Shown here: positions 13,065 to 25,675 of the stretch, piece by piece | Position numbering within the stretch: position 1 is the stretch's first letter | How the letters are laid out: each line of letters starts with the position of its first letter | Source of the DNA: Octopus sinensis | Taxonomy: Eukaryota | DNA: 64,000 bases | Assembly: GCF_006345805.1 (NCBI RefSeq) | Contig: NC_043009.1 | Span: forward strand, 40,548,001-40,612,000 | Reading direction: 5' to 3' | Translations under genes and position numbers: made by a program | The notes under the pieces: model-generated | Seen by the model: only the letters and a program-made list of their open reading frames with translations | The model's database searches: none | Told to the model about the DNA's origin: nothing

Positions 13065-13269
13065 GGACATATTTTGATTACGACAGTCACAATGAACATG
13101 TAGTTTTCGGTGTATATGTTTAATTCGCAGTTGGAACTATTTCAATGTTATCATAAATGTCCATAGGAAAAGGCATCCGTATGAACAATCCTCCTCAAAC
13201 TGACCCCCCCCCCACCCACTATAAGTTTGTGGCCCTTTCCCAAAGTTATAAATCATTACTATATCTTTT

Positions 13270-13628
13270 TTCTGCTTTATATGTTTCAGTGCTGGAGCAT
13301 TGCCTTGAACTTTTTTTTTAATCGAATGAATCGACACCAGGTCTTATTTATTCTTTAAGCCTGATAATTTTTCTATCGGTCTCTTTGTCGAGCCGCTAAG
13401 TTACGGGGGCGTAAACACACCGATGCCAGTTGTCAAGCCGTGGTGGGTGGACAAACACAGACACAAAGACACACACACATATATACCAAATCCACTCGCA
13501 AGGCTTTGGTCGGCTCGAGGCTATTGTAGAAGACACTTGCTCAAGGTACCACACAGTGGAACTGAACCCAGAACCATGTCCCTGGGAAACAAACTTCTCA
13601 CTACATAACACCGCCCCTGCACCTATAT
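13270..13628 (-). mobile_element. SINE family A
   Basis: Reverse complement of the family-A body, with an internal deletion. Confidence 0.8.
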
Positions 13629-14340
13629 GTAACGTATAATGTAGAATATATGGCGGTAATGTTCATGTGTTTGTATGCGTGTAATGAATATATTCACAAA
13701 CATATATACGGAGCTATTAGGAACACATTTATAACATTATACTGCATACATGATCATCCTTCTTTATTGGATGCTAAAATGGTCTATACTTTTGGAAAGT
13801 TCAGTGGTGAAAAGGAAAAAACGTAGAACAGAATAAAGGAATCACATGATAAATCAGGGGAAATAATACAATGAATGAAATAGAAATAAAAGGATTGATT
13901 CAACATTAAATATTCACAGAGATAATGTTAGAAAGAAGGTGAATGACAAAAGGCTGGTATTGATTGTTTTATGGGCCATTCGTAGTTTTAGATATATAAT
14001 AACAAACCTACTACATGCTTGCATTGCCAGGACATATTTTCATGTAGATATATTGCAGTTTACAAGTGCTAAAATATCCGAAATTAATTGCAAAATCGGT
14101 ATTTAGAATTAACTCATAAAAAGAGACTGTTACATTAGTAGAAATAATCATTTCGCAGACAAAACAAAACCGTCTATTGTTTGTGATGTGTGTTAGCAGA
14201 GGGCTCAATAGAGAAGAAAATTTATTCAAACTGAGCGAGTTAATATAGAGGTTTCAAATTTTGACACGAGGCCAACAATTTTAGTGGGGGGATAAGTCGA
14301 TTACTCCGACTCCAGGGCTCAACTGATACTTATCTTATCG

Positions 14341-14762
14341 GAAGGCGGCGACTTGGCAGAATCGTTAGCACGCCGGGCGAAATGCTTATCGGTATTTCGT
14401 CTGCCGCTACGTTGTGAGTTCAAATTCCGCCGAGGTCGACTTTACCTTTCATCCTTTCGGGGTCGATAAATTAAGTACCAGTTACGCATTGGGGTCGATG
14501 TAATCGACTTAATACCTATGTCTGTCCTTGTTTGTCCCTTCTATGTTTGGCCCCTTGTGGGTAATAAAGAAATAGGTATTTCGTCTGCCGCTACGTTCTG
14601 AGTTCAAATTCCGCCGAGGTCGACTTTGCCTTTCATCCTTTCGGGGGGTCGATAAATTAAGTACCAGTTACGCACTGGAGTCGATGTAATCGACTTAATC
14701 CATTTGTCTGTCCTTGTTTGTCCCCTCTGTGTTTAGCCCCTTGTGGGTAGTAAAGAAGTAGG
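14341..14762 (+). mobile_element. SINE-B dimer (full unit plus head-less unit) nested in an older SINE-B
   Basis: Perfect TSD TACTTATCTTATCG at 14327-14340 and 14763-14776. Internal junction AAAGAAATA|GGTATTTCG at ~14576. Confidence 0.9.
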
Positions 14763-14869
14763 TACTTATCTTATCGACTACGAAAGGATGAAAGGCAAAG
14801 TCGACTACGGAGGAATTTGAATTCGGAATGTCGTCGCCGTCGGCGGCTGCGGCTTTATCTCATTTAGAG

Positions 14870-15260
14870 AATTTAGTTTCGTCTTTGTTGAACGCTTCCT
14901 TTATGGTAATGGCGTTGATGACTCTGTAGACCAATTCTAGCACAGAAGAGTCGATGATATTGACTGCATGGTAATGATGGTGAAGAACAAGATTGACTTT
15001 GTCGAGCCTTTCTCTCCTATCGTTTGATTTCTTCCTTCTTTTCCTGATGGCTTCGAAGTTTTTCATTCTGATGGGGATGGAACTCCACCACTTGGTCCAG
15101 TCGCGGGCTTGTGTTTCAAATCATTTAAACTCAGTTCCAGTTGCTTTCAGTTAGTCCTTGCTTTTAGTTTGTCCTTGTATCTTCGAAGAAGGCAACCCCG
15201 TAGCCTTTTGCCTGGAGTGAGCTTTCTGAATAAGCGACTACTTCTTTTTATAAGTATTTC
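14870..15260 (-). mobile_element. RTE (BovB-like) LINE C-terminal fragment
   Basis: Frameshifted peptides PGKRLRGCLLRRYKDKLK, ARDWTKWWSSI...MKNFEA and CSQYHRLFCARIGLQSHQRH match the RTE-BovB pattern G.RPRGRP..RYKD.LK, A.DR..WR..I and the terminal C..C.R.F..RIGL.SH.R.H finger. Confidence 0.75.
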
Positions 15261-15640
15261 TTCTATTCAGGTTCAAACGAGAGTATTAGTAGTGATATTT
15301 ATAATGTATTTCTTTGGACTTATTAATATACGTGAACGTGGCGCATTATAAAAGTGTGTGCATAAACTTATATATAAGAATAAGAACCAACAAGTAAACC
15401 TAGTTAAACATTTATTGAGTAATTAACCTTTTCACCAACCTACATTCTTTTGTGAACCTTAAAAAGCAACTCCATGACCTGAAGCTAACACACCCAAAAA
15501 AGATACATTTGATTAAAAAGTTTGCACGCATGACTGGGCTGCAAACAACAACACAACTTTAACTTTAATCAATAAAATCTACAATACCTTATCCCTCAGA
15601 ACTTACACTCCAACTTAATTATCATTGGGGGTGGGGGGGG

Positions 15641-15879
15641 GTAAGAAGTTTGCTTCCCAATCACAAGGTTCCGGGTTCAGTTCCACTGCATAGCACTTTG
15701 GGTAAGTGTCTTTTTTATAGCCAGGAGTGGCTGTGTGGTAAGTAGCTTGCTTACCAAACACATGGTTCCGGTTCAGTCCCACTGCGTGGCACTTTGGGTA
15801 AGTGTCTTCTACTATAGCCTCGAGCTGACCAAAGCCTTGTGAATAGATTTGGTAGACGGAAACTGAAAGAAGTCCGTCG

Positions 15880-15962
<83 letters not shown>

Positions 15963-16199
15963 GTGTATGTTTATGTGCGCGTGTGTGTGTGTGTCTGTGT
16001 TTGTCCCCCAAACATCGCTTGACAACTGATGCTGGTGTATTTACGTCTCCATCACTTAGCGGTTCGGCAAGAGAGACCGACAGAATAATTACTAGGCTTA
16101 CAAAGAATAAGTCCTGGGGTCGATTTGCTCGACTAAAGGCGGTCCTCCAGTATGGCCGCAGTCAAATGACTGAAACAAATAAAAGAATAAAAGAATAAA
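15641..16199 (+). mobile_element. SINE family A, full copy (from 15722) preceded by a duplicated partial head
   Basis: Two successive heads, then an internal (TA)/(GT) tract and the 3' end GACTGAAACAAATAAAAG. Confidence 0.9.
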
Positions 16200-16380
16200 A
16201 TGAAATAAAGGCACCCATCTGAAGCCAAGATGATCTCAAATGTACCAGAGTCAGATGAAGACTAATCAGACTGAAACTTCGAAGTCACTGACAACACTAT
16301 TCTATTAAAAGACCACTAAAAAAGGTATTGGGTGAGCTTTCAATTGAATGTAAAATTGTTTTTAGTATGACACAACATAA

Positions 16381-16790
16381 GGCGGCGAGCTGGCAGAAAC
16401 GTTAGCACGCCGGATTGTTGTTGTTCAGCAATAAGACGGGTAAGGGTGATAAGGTGATGGTCTAGGGCGTAGGGACGGGAGACCCCAGACCTTGGAAAAA
16501 AAAAAGCTTTGGTCGTTTTGTTGTAGTCGAGGGATCTTCGTTGACGCCCAGCACCACTGGGAGGTGGCCCTCGAAGTCACTGGAAATGGAGATCTCCAGG
16601 TCCAAATTCTTGGACGTCTAGCATGCCGGACGAAATGCTTAGCGGTATTTCGTCTGCCGTTACTTTCTGAGTTCAAATTCCGCCGAGGTCGACTTTGCCT
16701 TACATCCTTTCGGATGTACCAACTGTATACTGGAATCGATCCCCCTACCCTAAATTTCAGGTTTTGTGCCTAGAGTAGAAAGGATTATGT
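16381..16790 (+). mobile_element. SINE family B interrupted by a 204-bp insert (16415-16618)
   Basis: TAGCACGCCGGA (16403-16414) and TAGCATGCCGGA (16619-16630) flank the insert. The insert has an (AAC)n tail on the minus strand. Confidence 0.85.
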
Positions 16791-17037
16791 TACAACATAA
16801 AAATACATTAATATATATGTGTTCGTGTTTGTGTGGATCCTTATATCTGTGTTTGTCTCTCGCCCACCACTTGACAACCAGTGTTGGTTAGTTTATGTCC
16901 TATGAGTTTGCGGTTCAGCAAGAGAGACCGATAGGTGAAGTATTAATTTTTAAACAGAAAAATAATTGCTGGTGGGATTGATTAAAGCCAGTGCCCCAGC
17001 ATAGCAGCAAAGATTGAAACAAACGATAAAAACAACC

Positions 17038-17090
<53 letters not shown>

Positions 17091-17110
17091 CGTGCGTGTG
17101 TGTGTGTGTG

Positions 17111-17444
17111 AAGGCACATGGCTCAGTGGTTAGAGCGTCGGGCTAACAATCACGAGTTAGTGAATTCGATTCCCGGACCGGGCTGTGAGTTGTGTTCTTG
17201 AGCAAGACACTTTATTTCACGTTGCCTTAGTTCACTGAGCTGTAGATATGAGTTGCAACGTCACTGGTGCCAAGCTGTTTCGGCCTTTGACTTTCCCTTA
17301 GACAGCTTCGGTTGCGTGGAGAGGAGAGGCTGGTATGAATGGGTGACTGTTGGTCTTTCATAAGCAATCTTGCCCAGACTTGTGCTCTGGAAGTGGACTT
17401 TCTAAGTGTAATTCCATGGTCTTCCATGACCGAAGGGGGTCTTT

Positions 17445-17445
<1 letters not shown>
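17111..17445 (+). mobile_element. SINE with a D-like head and a distinct tail ending in (TATG)n
   Basis: TGGCTCAGTGG A box and GAATTCGATTCC B box. The D-type segment TTGTGTTCTTGAGCAAGACACTTTATTTCACGTTGC is followed by an unrelated tail. Confidence 0.75.
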
Positions 17446-18664
<1,219 letters not shown>

Positions 18665-19249
18665 TAATGCGCTTTCAATCATTTCACTGCCATCCTGAAG
18701 CTGGTGGGGAGAGGGTTACTCAGAGTCTCCTTCTGCAGGATGAAAAGAATATAAAAGAATAAAAAAATTAAACAAAAAACTAGTTAATCGATGCTAACAT
18801 ATTGAATGTTGCGGAGGCCAAAAAATTGTTATTCATCAAAACTGAACTCACAGTAAGGGGAAAAATACCATTAAGTTGATGGTTAATTCTCAAAAAAAAA
18901 AAATAATAATAATAATAATATAATAAAATAGAATAAAATAAATAAACAAATGATAAAAAAATGAAAGGCAAGGGAGACTACCTACTCTAAGATAGATAAA
19001 AATTGAACTGGGCATGCAAGTGATAAGGCGACAACTCTAATCTTGTTTCGGTTTTATTAAGCCTTTTCAGTGTAACAGTTCTTACTAGATACTTCTCAGA
19101 CCTTAAGATGTCTGAGAGATACATACAATTTCAGTGAAATAGCTCGTATTGAAGTAATTTATATATGCAACAAAACACACACACCCATGTATGTGCACGT
19201 GTGTTTGTGTGTGTGCGTGTATATATGGATAGATGGATGGATATGATGT

Positions 19250-19515
19250 GTGAAGGCACGCGGCCTAGTGGGTTCGATTCTCAGACCAGCGGTGCCTTGT
19301 GTTCTTGATATAACACTTCATTTCAAGTTGCTCCAGTTCACTTAGCTGTAAATGGATCACACTGCAACAGGCTGACTTTCCGTTCAAGGGGAATGTTAAG
19401 CTGCACACCTAGTCAGGGGTATGGCAACATTTGAAGGATAAAGCAGAACAAGGAAGCGCATTGTGATCAGCGTTATATAACAACATCCGATTGCCTAGTC
19501 GGTACAATGATATAC
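19250..19515 (+). mobile_element. SINE with a D-like head and tail Y
   Basis: Tail CATTTGAAGG...CATTGTGA.CAGCG...AACAACATC.GAT.GCCT.GTC is shared with 40560-40665. Confidence 0.65.
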
Positions 19516-19809
19516 CTACATACATAGCATACATGCATACATATGTTTCATTTTAGTCTCATTCTTATATCTTGGTATCTTTTCGAGCACTTTTGATATC
19601 TTTCATTAGTACGAGTTCATTAAAGATATCCTCTGACCCACTTCTAATTATTGATGGAAACAGAACTTGTACATGTATAATCATGCATGTCTCTGCATGT
19701 CACATAGTAAATTGTAGCTTTCCACTAGTATCCATTTGTCTTTTACAGCTAATCATGGGAATGGTTGTCATATTCCATCGCCAACTTCCAGTTTAATAAA
19801 ATTACATTT

Positions 19810-20620
19810 GTTTCAGAATTTGGCACGAGGCCAACAATTTCAGGGGAAGAGTAAAGTCAATTATATCGACCTCAAGGTGCAACTGGTAGTAATTTTATTG
19901 ACCCAGAAAAATAAAAGGTGAAGTTGACTCTAGCGGCATTTGAACTCAGTGCGTAAAGGGCCAAAAGATATACCGATATCTTATTTTATCTGACGCGCTA
20001 ACGATTCTGCCAATCCACAACCTTCGAGTGTAATAAATAATCCTTTCTACTATAGGCAAAAAAGGTCTGAAATATTAGGGGAAAGGGATAGTCGATTACA
20101 TCGACCCCAGTACTGACTGATACTTATTTTATCATAGACCCCGAAAAGATGAAAAGCAAAGTCGAACTTTGCGAAGTTTGAGCTCAAAACATAAAGAGGG
20201 ACGAGATGCTGCTAAACATTTTGTTTGGTGCGATAACTATTCCACAAGCTCGTTGCCTTTCAGTGTGATAAATAATGTTGTCAACCTGGTGTGTTCTGGA
20301 GACGGGTTTAACGTGATAAAAAGCGCTTTTGATGAAAGTTTCTGCTTCAGGTGAAACTGAAGACAAAAATCTTCCTGCGCCAGTTCGAATGCATATTACA
20401 TTTATGAACTCGCATCACATAATTAATCTTGTTTTGCACTTCATTAGACTTTCATAAGCAATGTCATGAAGTTGAACTGCCACCGAAAACAGGTAAGACA
20501 GATACCGCGAGGTATTTTGTCCGACACGTTAATAATTCTGGTAATCCACCGCCCTAGAGTGGCACTTTATTTATCGACCCAGAAGGATGAAAAGCAAAGT
20601 TGAACTCGATGGGTTTTGAA
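19810..20620 (-). mobile_element. Cluster of old SINE-B-related fragments
   Basis: Degenerate ATCGACCC..GAAAGGATGAAA.GCAAAGT motif at ~19860, ~20100 and ~20575. Confidence 0.65.
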
Positions 20621-20691
20621 CTTAGTTTGAGGAGAATCGGAGCATACAGCGCGTGGTGTTCTCTGATGCACTTACCACATGACAGGAAAAA

Positions 20692-20883
20692 ATCCTAAGA
20701 GAGGTTTTGCATGCCGAACCAACCAACAGGAGACCTAGGGTTAAATCAAGAGTAAAATGGTTGGATAATATCCGTTGTCTCAGTTCGAGACGCTTTGGAA
20801 TGCAGCAGAGAAACGTAATAATGGTTGCTTCTGAAAGGACCCTATGGTCGAGGTACCAGATAACTCTATCCCATCAATTCTAG
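20692..20883 (+). mobile_element. RTE (Expander/Rex3-like) 3' end followed by a (GGAA)n tail
   Basis: Open frame ILREVLHAEPTNRRPRVKSRVKWLDNIRCLSSRRFGMQQRNVIMVASERTLWSRYQITLSHQF* matches the Expander-type end (..VL.A.PTGRRPRGRPR.RW.D.I..L...R.G......VA..R..W). Confidence 0.7.
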
Positions 20884-20904
20884 TGAACATAGTGGGCAGT
20901 GAAA

Positions 20905-21200
20905 ATGGAAGGAAGGAAGGCCGGAAGGCTGGAAGGAAGGAAGGAAGGAAGGAAGGAAGGAAGAGGAAGGAAGGAAGGAAGGAAGGAAGGAGGAAGGAAG
21001 GAAGGAAGGAAGGAAGGAAGGAAGGAAGGAAGGAAGGAAGGAAGGAAGGAAGGCAGGAAGGAAGGAAGGAAGGAAGAAGGAAGGAAGGAAGGAAGGAAGG
21101 AAGGAAGGAAGGAAGGAAGGAAGGAAGGAAGGAAGGAAGGAAGAAGGAAGGAAGGAAGGAAGGAAGGAAGGAAGGAGGAAGGAAGGAATGGAGAACGGAA
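20905..21200. repeat. (GGAA)n microsatellite
   Basis: Read directly from the sequence. Confidence 0.97.
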
Positions 21201-22194
21201 GGAAGCAGTAAGCTTTTGGATCGAATACAGGGTTAATTTTTATAGCGAAACAGTATATTTAGTTGCGTCGAATCCAGGATAATAATTGTCCCTAATTTTG
21301 GCGCAAGGCCTTCGGTTTTGAGGTAAAGTGGGCAAGTGGATTGCATTGACTTCGGTACTTGATTGGTAGTTTTTCTTCTTTTTTCTTTTTTTTTATCGAC
21401 TACGAAAGGTTGAAAGGCAAAGATGAACTCAGCGGATTTTGAACTCTGAATGTAAAGAGCCGGATCAAATATAGGAAGGCATTTTTCCCGAAGTTCTATC
21501 AATTCTGCCAGCTCACTGCTTTACTTATAATAAAATTGACTTTATCAAACCCGGGTAAGAACTGACAAGAAAAGCATACACTCAACTTTGATGAGGTTTG
21601 AATTCTAGAACACAGAACTAAGATGGTTTAGAGTTATTTTATCAGGCACTCTACAACCTGCCATATTGACAGCCTTAGGCCGGTTCCATTACTTTAATGT
21701 CTAATACAAGACGCTTTCTATGTTGTTAGATAGACTTCTTAGTACTAAAATGGCACTTATTTCATCTTATCGATTCTAGAAGAAAGTCAAAAGCTGCATC
21801 AGCCGGATTTGAACGCATAATGTAAAAAAAAAAAATGTAACTAGAAATATAAAAAAAAAAAACACAGCAATATTTCTGTCACTCTGTCGCCCTTCCAACA
21901 TTTTAAGTCATGAAGTGATTGTCAAAGGTCACTGTGCTCTAGTAACTGGGAAACCTTGAATGAAATACAATAAACACCTGCTTAGTAAAATGGTAGATTT
22001 ACTGTATTTATACTGACAGCTTGATCACTGGTATTAGTGGACGCGCATGCGAGTGCGTGTGTGGGTGTATACACATGTGAGCACACACACACACACATAT
22101 ATATATACATATATATATACACGTGTTTTACACATGCATATATATGTATATATGTATGAACATACTTATAGGCATATATGTTATGTATACATAC

Positions 22195-22269
<75 letters not shown>

Positions 22270-22344
22270 TATACAAAAGTATGTATATATATATGTGAAT
22301 ATGTATGTGTATGACTGAAACAAGCAAATGATACATATATTCAT

Positions 22345-22750
22345 ATTCGTTTTCGTTTTACGTGTTTCAGTCATTTGACTATGGCTATATGATGGAGCAT
22401 CGCCTTTAGTCGAACAAATCGACCCCAGGACTTATTGCTGGTAAGCCTAGTACTTATTCTATCGCTCTCTTTTTGCCAAAACGCTGAATTACGGGGGTGT
22501 AAACGCACCAACATCCGTTGTCAAGAGATGGTTGGGGGTGACAAAGAGACACAAATAACAAATACACACATATACATATATATACACGACGGGCTTCTTT
22601 CAGTTTCCGTCTACTAAATCTACTCACAAGGCTCTGGCCCGAGGCTATAGTAGAAGACACTTGCCCAAGATGTCACGCAGTGGGATTGAACCCAGAACCA
22701 TGTGGTCGAGAAGCAAGCTTCTTACCACTCAGCCAGTCTTGCGCCTATAT
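22345..22750 (-). mobile_element. SINE family A
   Basis: Reverse complement of a near-full family-A copy. The head ends at GCGCCTATAT (22741-22750). Confidence 0.88.
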
Positions 22751-22754
22751 TTAG

Positions 22755-22857
22755 AAAATATGGAGCGCTTCACGAATTTGCGTGTCATCGTTGCATAGGG
22801 GCCATGCTGATCTCTATATCGTTCCGATTTTTAGCATATGTATTACCAAAGCAATAT
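22755..22857 (-). pseudogene. U6: U6 snRNA pseudogene, near full length
   Basis: The minus strand reads ...ACATATGCTAAAAATCGGAACGATATAGAGATCAGCATGGCCCCTATGCAACGATGACACGCAAATTCGTGAAGCGCTCCATATTTT, collinear with canonical U6. The ACAGAGA box is mutated to ATAGAGA with a 3-nt deletion after it. Upstream is (TA)n, with no recognisable PSE/TATA. Confidence 0.92.
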
Positions 22858-22901
22858 ATATATATATATATATATACAGACATACATATATACATACATA
22901 T

Positions 22902-22933
<32 letters not shown>

Positions 22934-23051
22934 TATATATATTATATATATATACATACATACATACATACATACATACATACGTACATATATATACATA
23001 CATATTTTATATATATATATTATATATACATAGACATACATATATACATAC

Positions 23052-23089
<38 letters not shown>

Positions 23090-23190
23090 GATTGTGTACA
23101 CATATATGTGTCGGTGTGTCGCTGTGGATGTGTTGGTGTGTGTACGTGCGTACACATACATACCCATGTGCGTAAAATGCGTATGTATGT
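22858..23190. repeat. (TA)/(TACA) low-complexity tract
   Basis: Read directly from the sequence. Confidence 0.9.
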
Positions 23191-23560
23191 GCATAGAAAA
23201 AAAATGTAGTTTTCTGTGAATACTAATGAAAATGTCTACAATCATCGGAACGTAAATTCTATAACTATACACTAACTTAATAATATTCAGTTTTAAATTC
23301 CAAATGCTGCAATTTGAAAATATTCCAAATATTTCTTTGGACAGACATATGAAGCCAAAAAAAAGAAAAAAGAAAGAAAGAATACAGAAGAAAAAGAGGA
23401 AAAAAAGGAAAAGAAAGAAGCAATCGTTATCCAAAACTACCATAAAATCAGCAATTACCTAAAAATTATTCATCCTTATTCATCATTAATGTAAAATCTA
23501 TCATTAAAATAAATCAATATGAAGACCATCTATCACGTCTAAAACAGTTTGTTACTATCC

Positions 23561-23618
<58 letters not shown>

Positions 23619-24359
23619 TAGTTGGTCTTCTTGCTTAAAGATAGTATTATTTTTTGTGCGTGTATTGTTTTCTTTTTCCAGTCCCGTAGACACAAATTTG
23701 GCATCAGCGTAAAGTGAAATTTACTCATAAGACAAATAAATGAAATATTTGTGCATGTAGTTATATATGAATGACGAGAAGAAAAGAAATGGTATTTAAA
23801 AACAAAAAAAAAACAGAAAATAAAAAAAATATGGTTTAACCAGATAAAGACAAGAGAATTACAATTCTTGAAACCAGTGACTTATCGGAATAAGTCGGCC
23901 ATACTGAGAATTCATAGAACAATGAACATACGAACGTATTTGCGGTGCAAGCTGAGTATGTATTAGACCGTCGTTTTAAGATAAATAAATATCTTTGAAA
24001 CAGTTTACAGAATTCCACCCTCCTGATAAACAGCTGAAAGATATTGTATACAATTTCTGCTGCTATTTCCTTCGTACAATTAGTTTAGCCTGGTGAAGTT
24101 TAGATTAAACTGAAACAATCGTTTAAGGCCACCAACGGTGACTATGGAGTAAATACTGCCATTGTTTTCTTCGCTGCACGATATATAACAATACGTGAAG
24201 ATTATGTAAAAGTCTTTTCGAAATTACAGAAACCTTGTTTTCAGCCTGTGGCTGCAGAATTGCTGTCATTTTTTTGTTGTTGTTTAGTTTTTTTTATAGA
24301 AGAATGTTTGATCGAAAATGCATTGGGAATGAGCAGAAAAGAAAAAAAAACTAAACGTA

Positions 24360-25600
24360 TTTGTGTGTGTGTGTGTGTGTGTGCACATGTGTGTGTATGT
24401 GTGAGTGTGTGTGAATGTGTGCATATATATATATATATGCATACACACACACACATATATATATATTTAGATGTATGTACATATATGTATATACATATAT
24501 ATATGCATATATACACATGCACATATATGCATATATACATATATATACATATATATATACATATACACAAATATACATATGTATATATATATATGTATAT
24601 TCCTGTGTATATATATATCTATGTGTATATATACACACACACACATATATATATATATACACGTATGTGTATATATATGTATGTGTGCATACATATTTAC
24701 ATATATAGGTGTGTGTATATGTCTGTGTATAATAGAGCCGATCTAAACGTTGGCTGACTCTCCAGTCATGCTTTTGCATCTTAGAGCAGAAAGTTAACAT
24801 AAGAAGTGCAGGATGGGTGGACATTCTGTGTATGGAAGCACGCAATAAGTGGCAGAATGCTACACAAACACACACAACCAGTGAAAGAATCATAAGCAGA
24901 GGAGGAGGAGGATGAAGATGAGGGGGGCAGAAGAGGAGAGGAGGAGGAGGAGGAGGAAAAAGAAGAAGAATAGGAAGAGATGGAGGAGGAAGAGTACGAG
25001 GAGGAAGAAGGAGAAGAGGGGGAAGTGAATGCGGAGGGAAAGGAGAAGAAAGAGAAGAGGAGGTTGTGGAAGAGGAAGAAGAGAAGGAGAGAAAGGAGGA
25101 GGGTAAGGAGGCAGAGGAAGAAAAAGGAAGAAAGGGGGAGGAGGAGGAGGAGTGGGGGAAGAAGAGAAGGAAAGTTGGGTAAGGAGGAGGAGGAAGAAAA
25201 GGAAAGAAAGGAGGAGGAGGTGGAGGTGGAGGAGGATGTGGAGGTGGAGGTGGAGGAGGAGGTGGAGGTGGAGGAGGAGGAAGAAGAGAAGGAAAGGAGG
25301 AGGGTAAGGAGGAGGAAGAAGAAGAGAAGGAAAGAAAGGAGGAGATGGAAGGGAGGAGGGGTGGAGGTGGAAGAGGAAGAAGAGAAGGAAAGAAAGGAGG
25401 TATCTGAGGAGGCTGAGGAGGCTATGAGTAAATGACATTACTTTGGGGAGGAGTTTTACTGAGAAATATAGTTGATCGCCATAGACAAAATACAACAGCG
25501 ATTATGTGTGTGAGAGAGAGAGGAAGTGTGTGTGTGACAGAGAGTGTGTGTATGTGAGAGAGTGTGTGTGGGAGAGAGAGAGAGAGAGAGAGAGAGAAAG
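24360..25600. repeat. (GT)/(TA) tract at 24360-24730, purine-rich (GAG/GAA) tract at 24895-25430, (GA)/(GT) at 25500-25600
   Basis: Read directly from the sequence. Confidence 0.9.
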
Positions 25601-25675
25601 CTATACCGAAAGTATTGCATATGTAGACAAATTTTTTAGTGACTGACACAAGTCATTCAAATAGCATATGTTGAA

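Noticed and set aside
24890-25495. Glu/Arg/Lys-rich 151-aa and Leu/Phe/Pro-rich 201-aa ORFs
   Set aside because: They derive from a purine-rich low-complexity tract that lacks stops by composition, with no domain or splice support.
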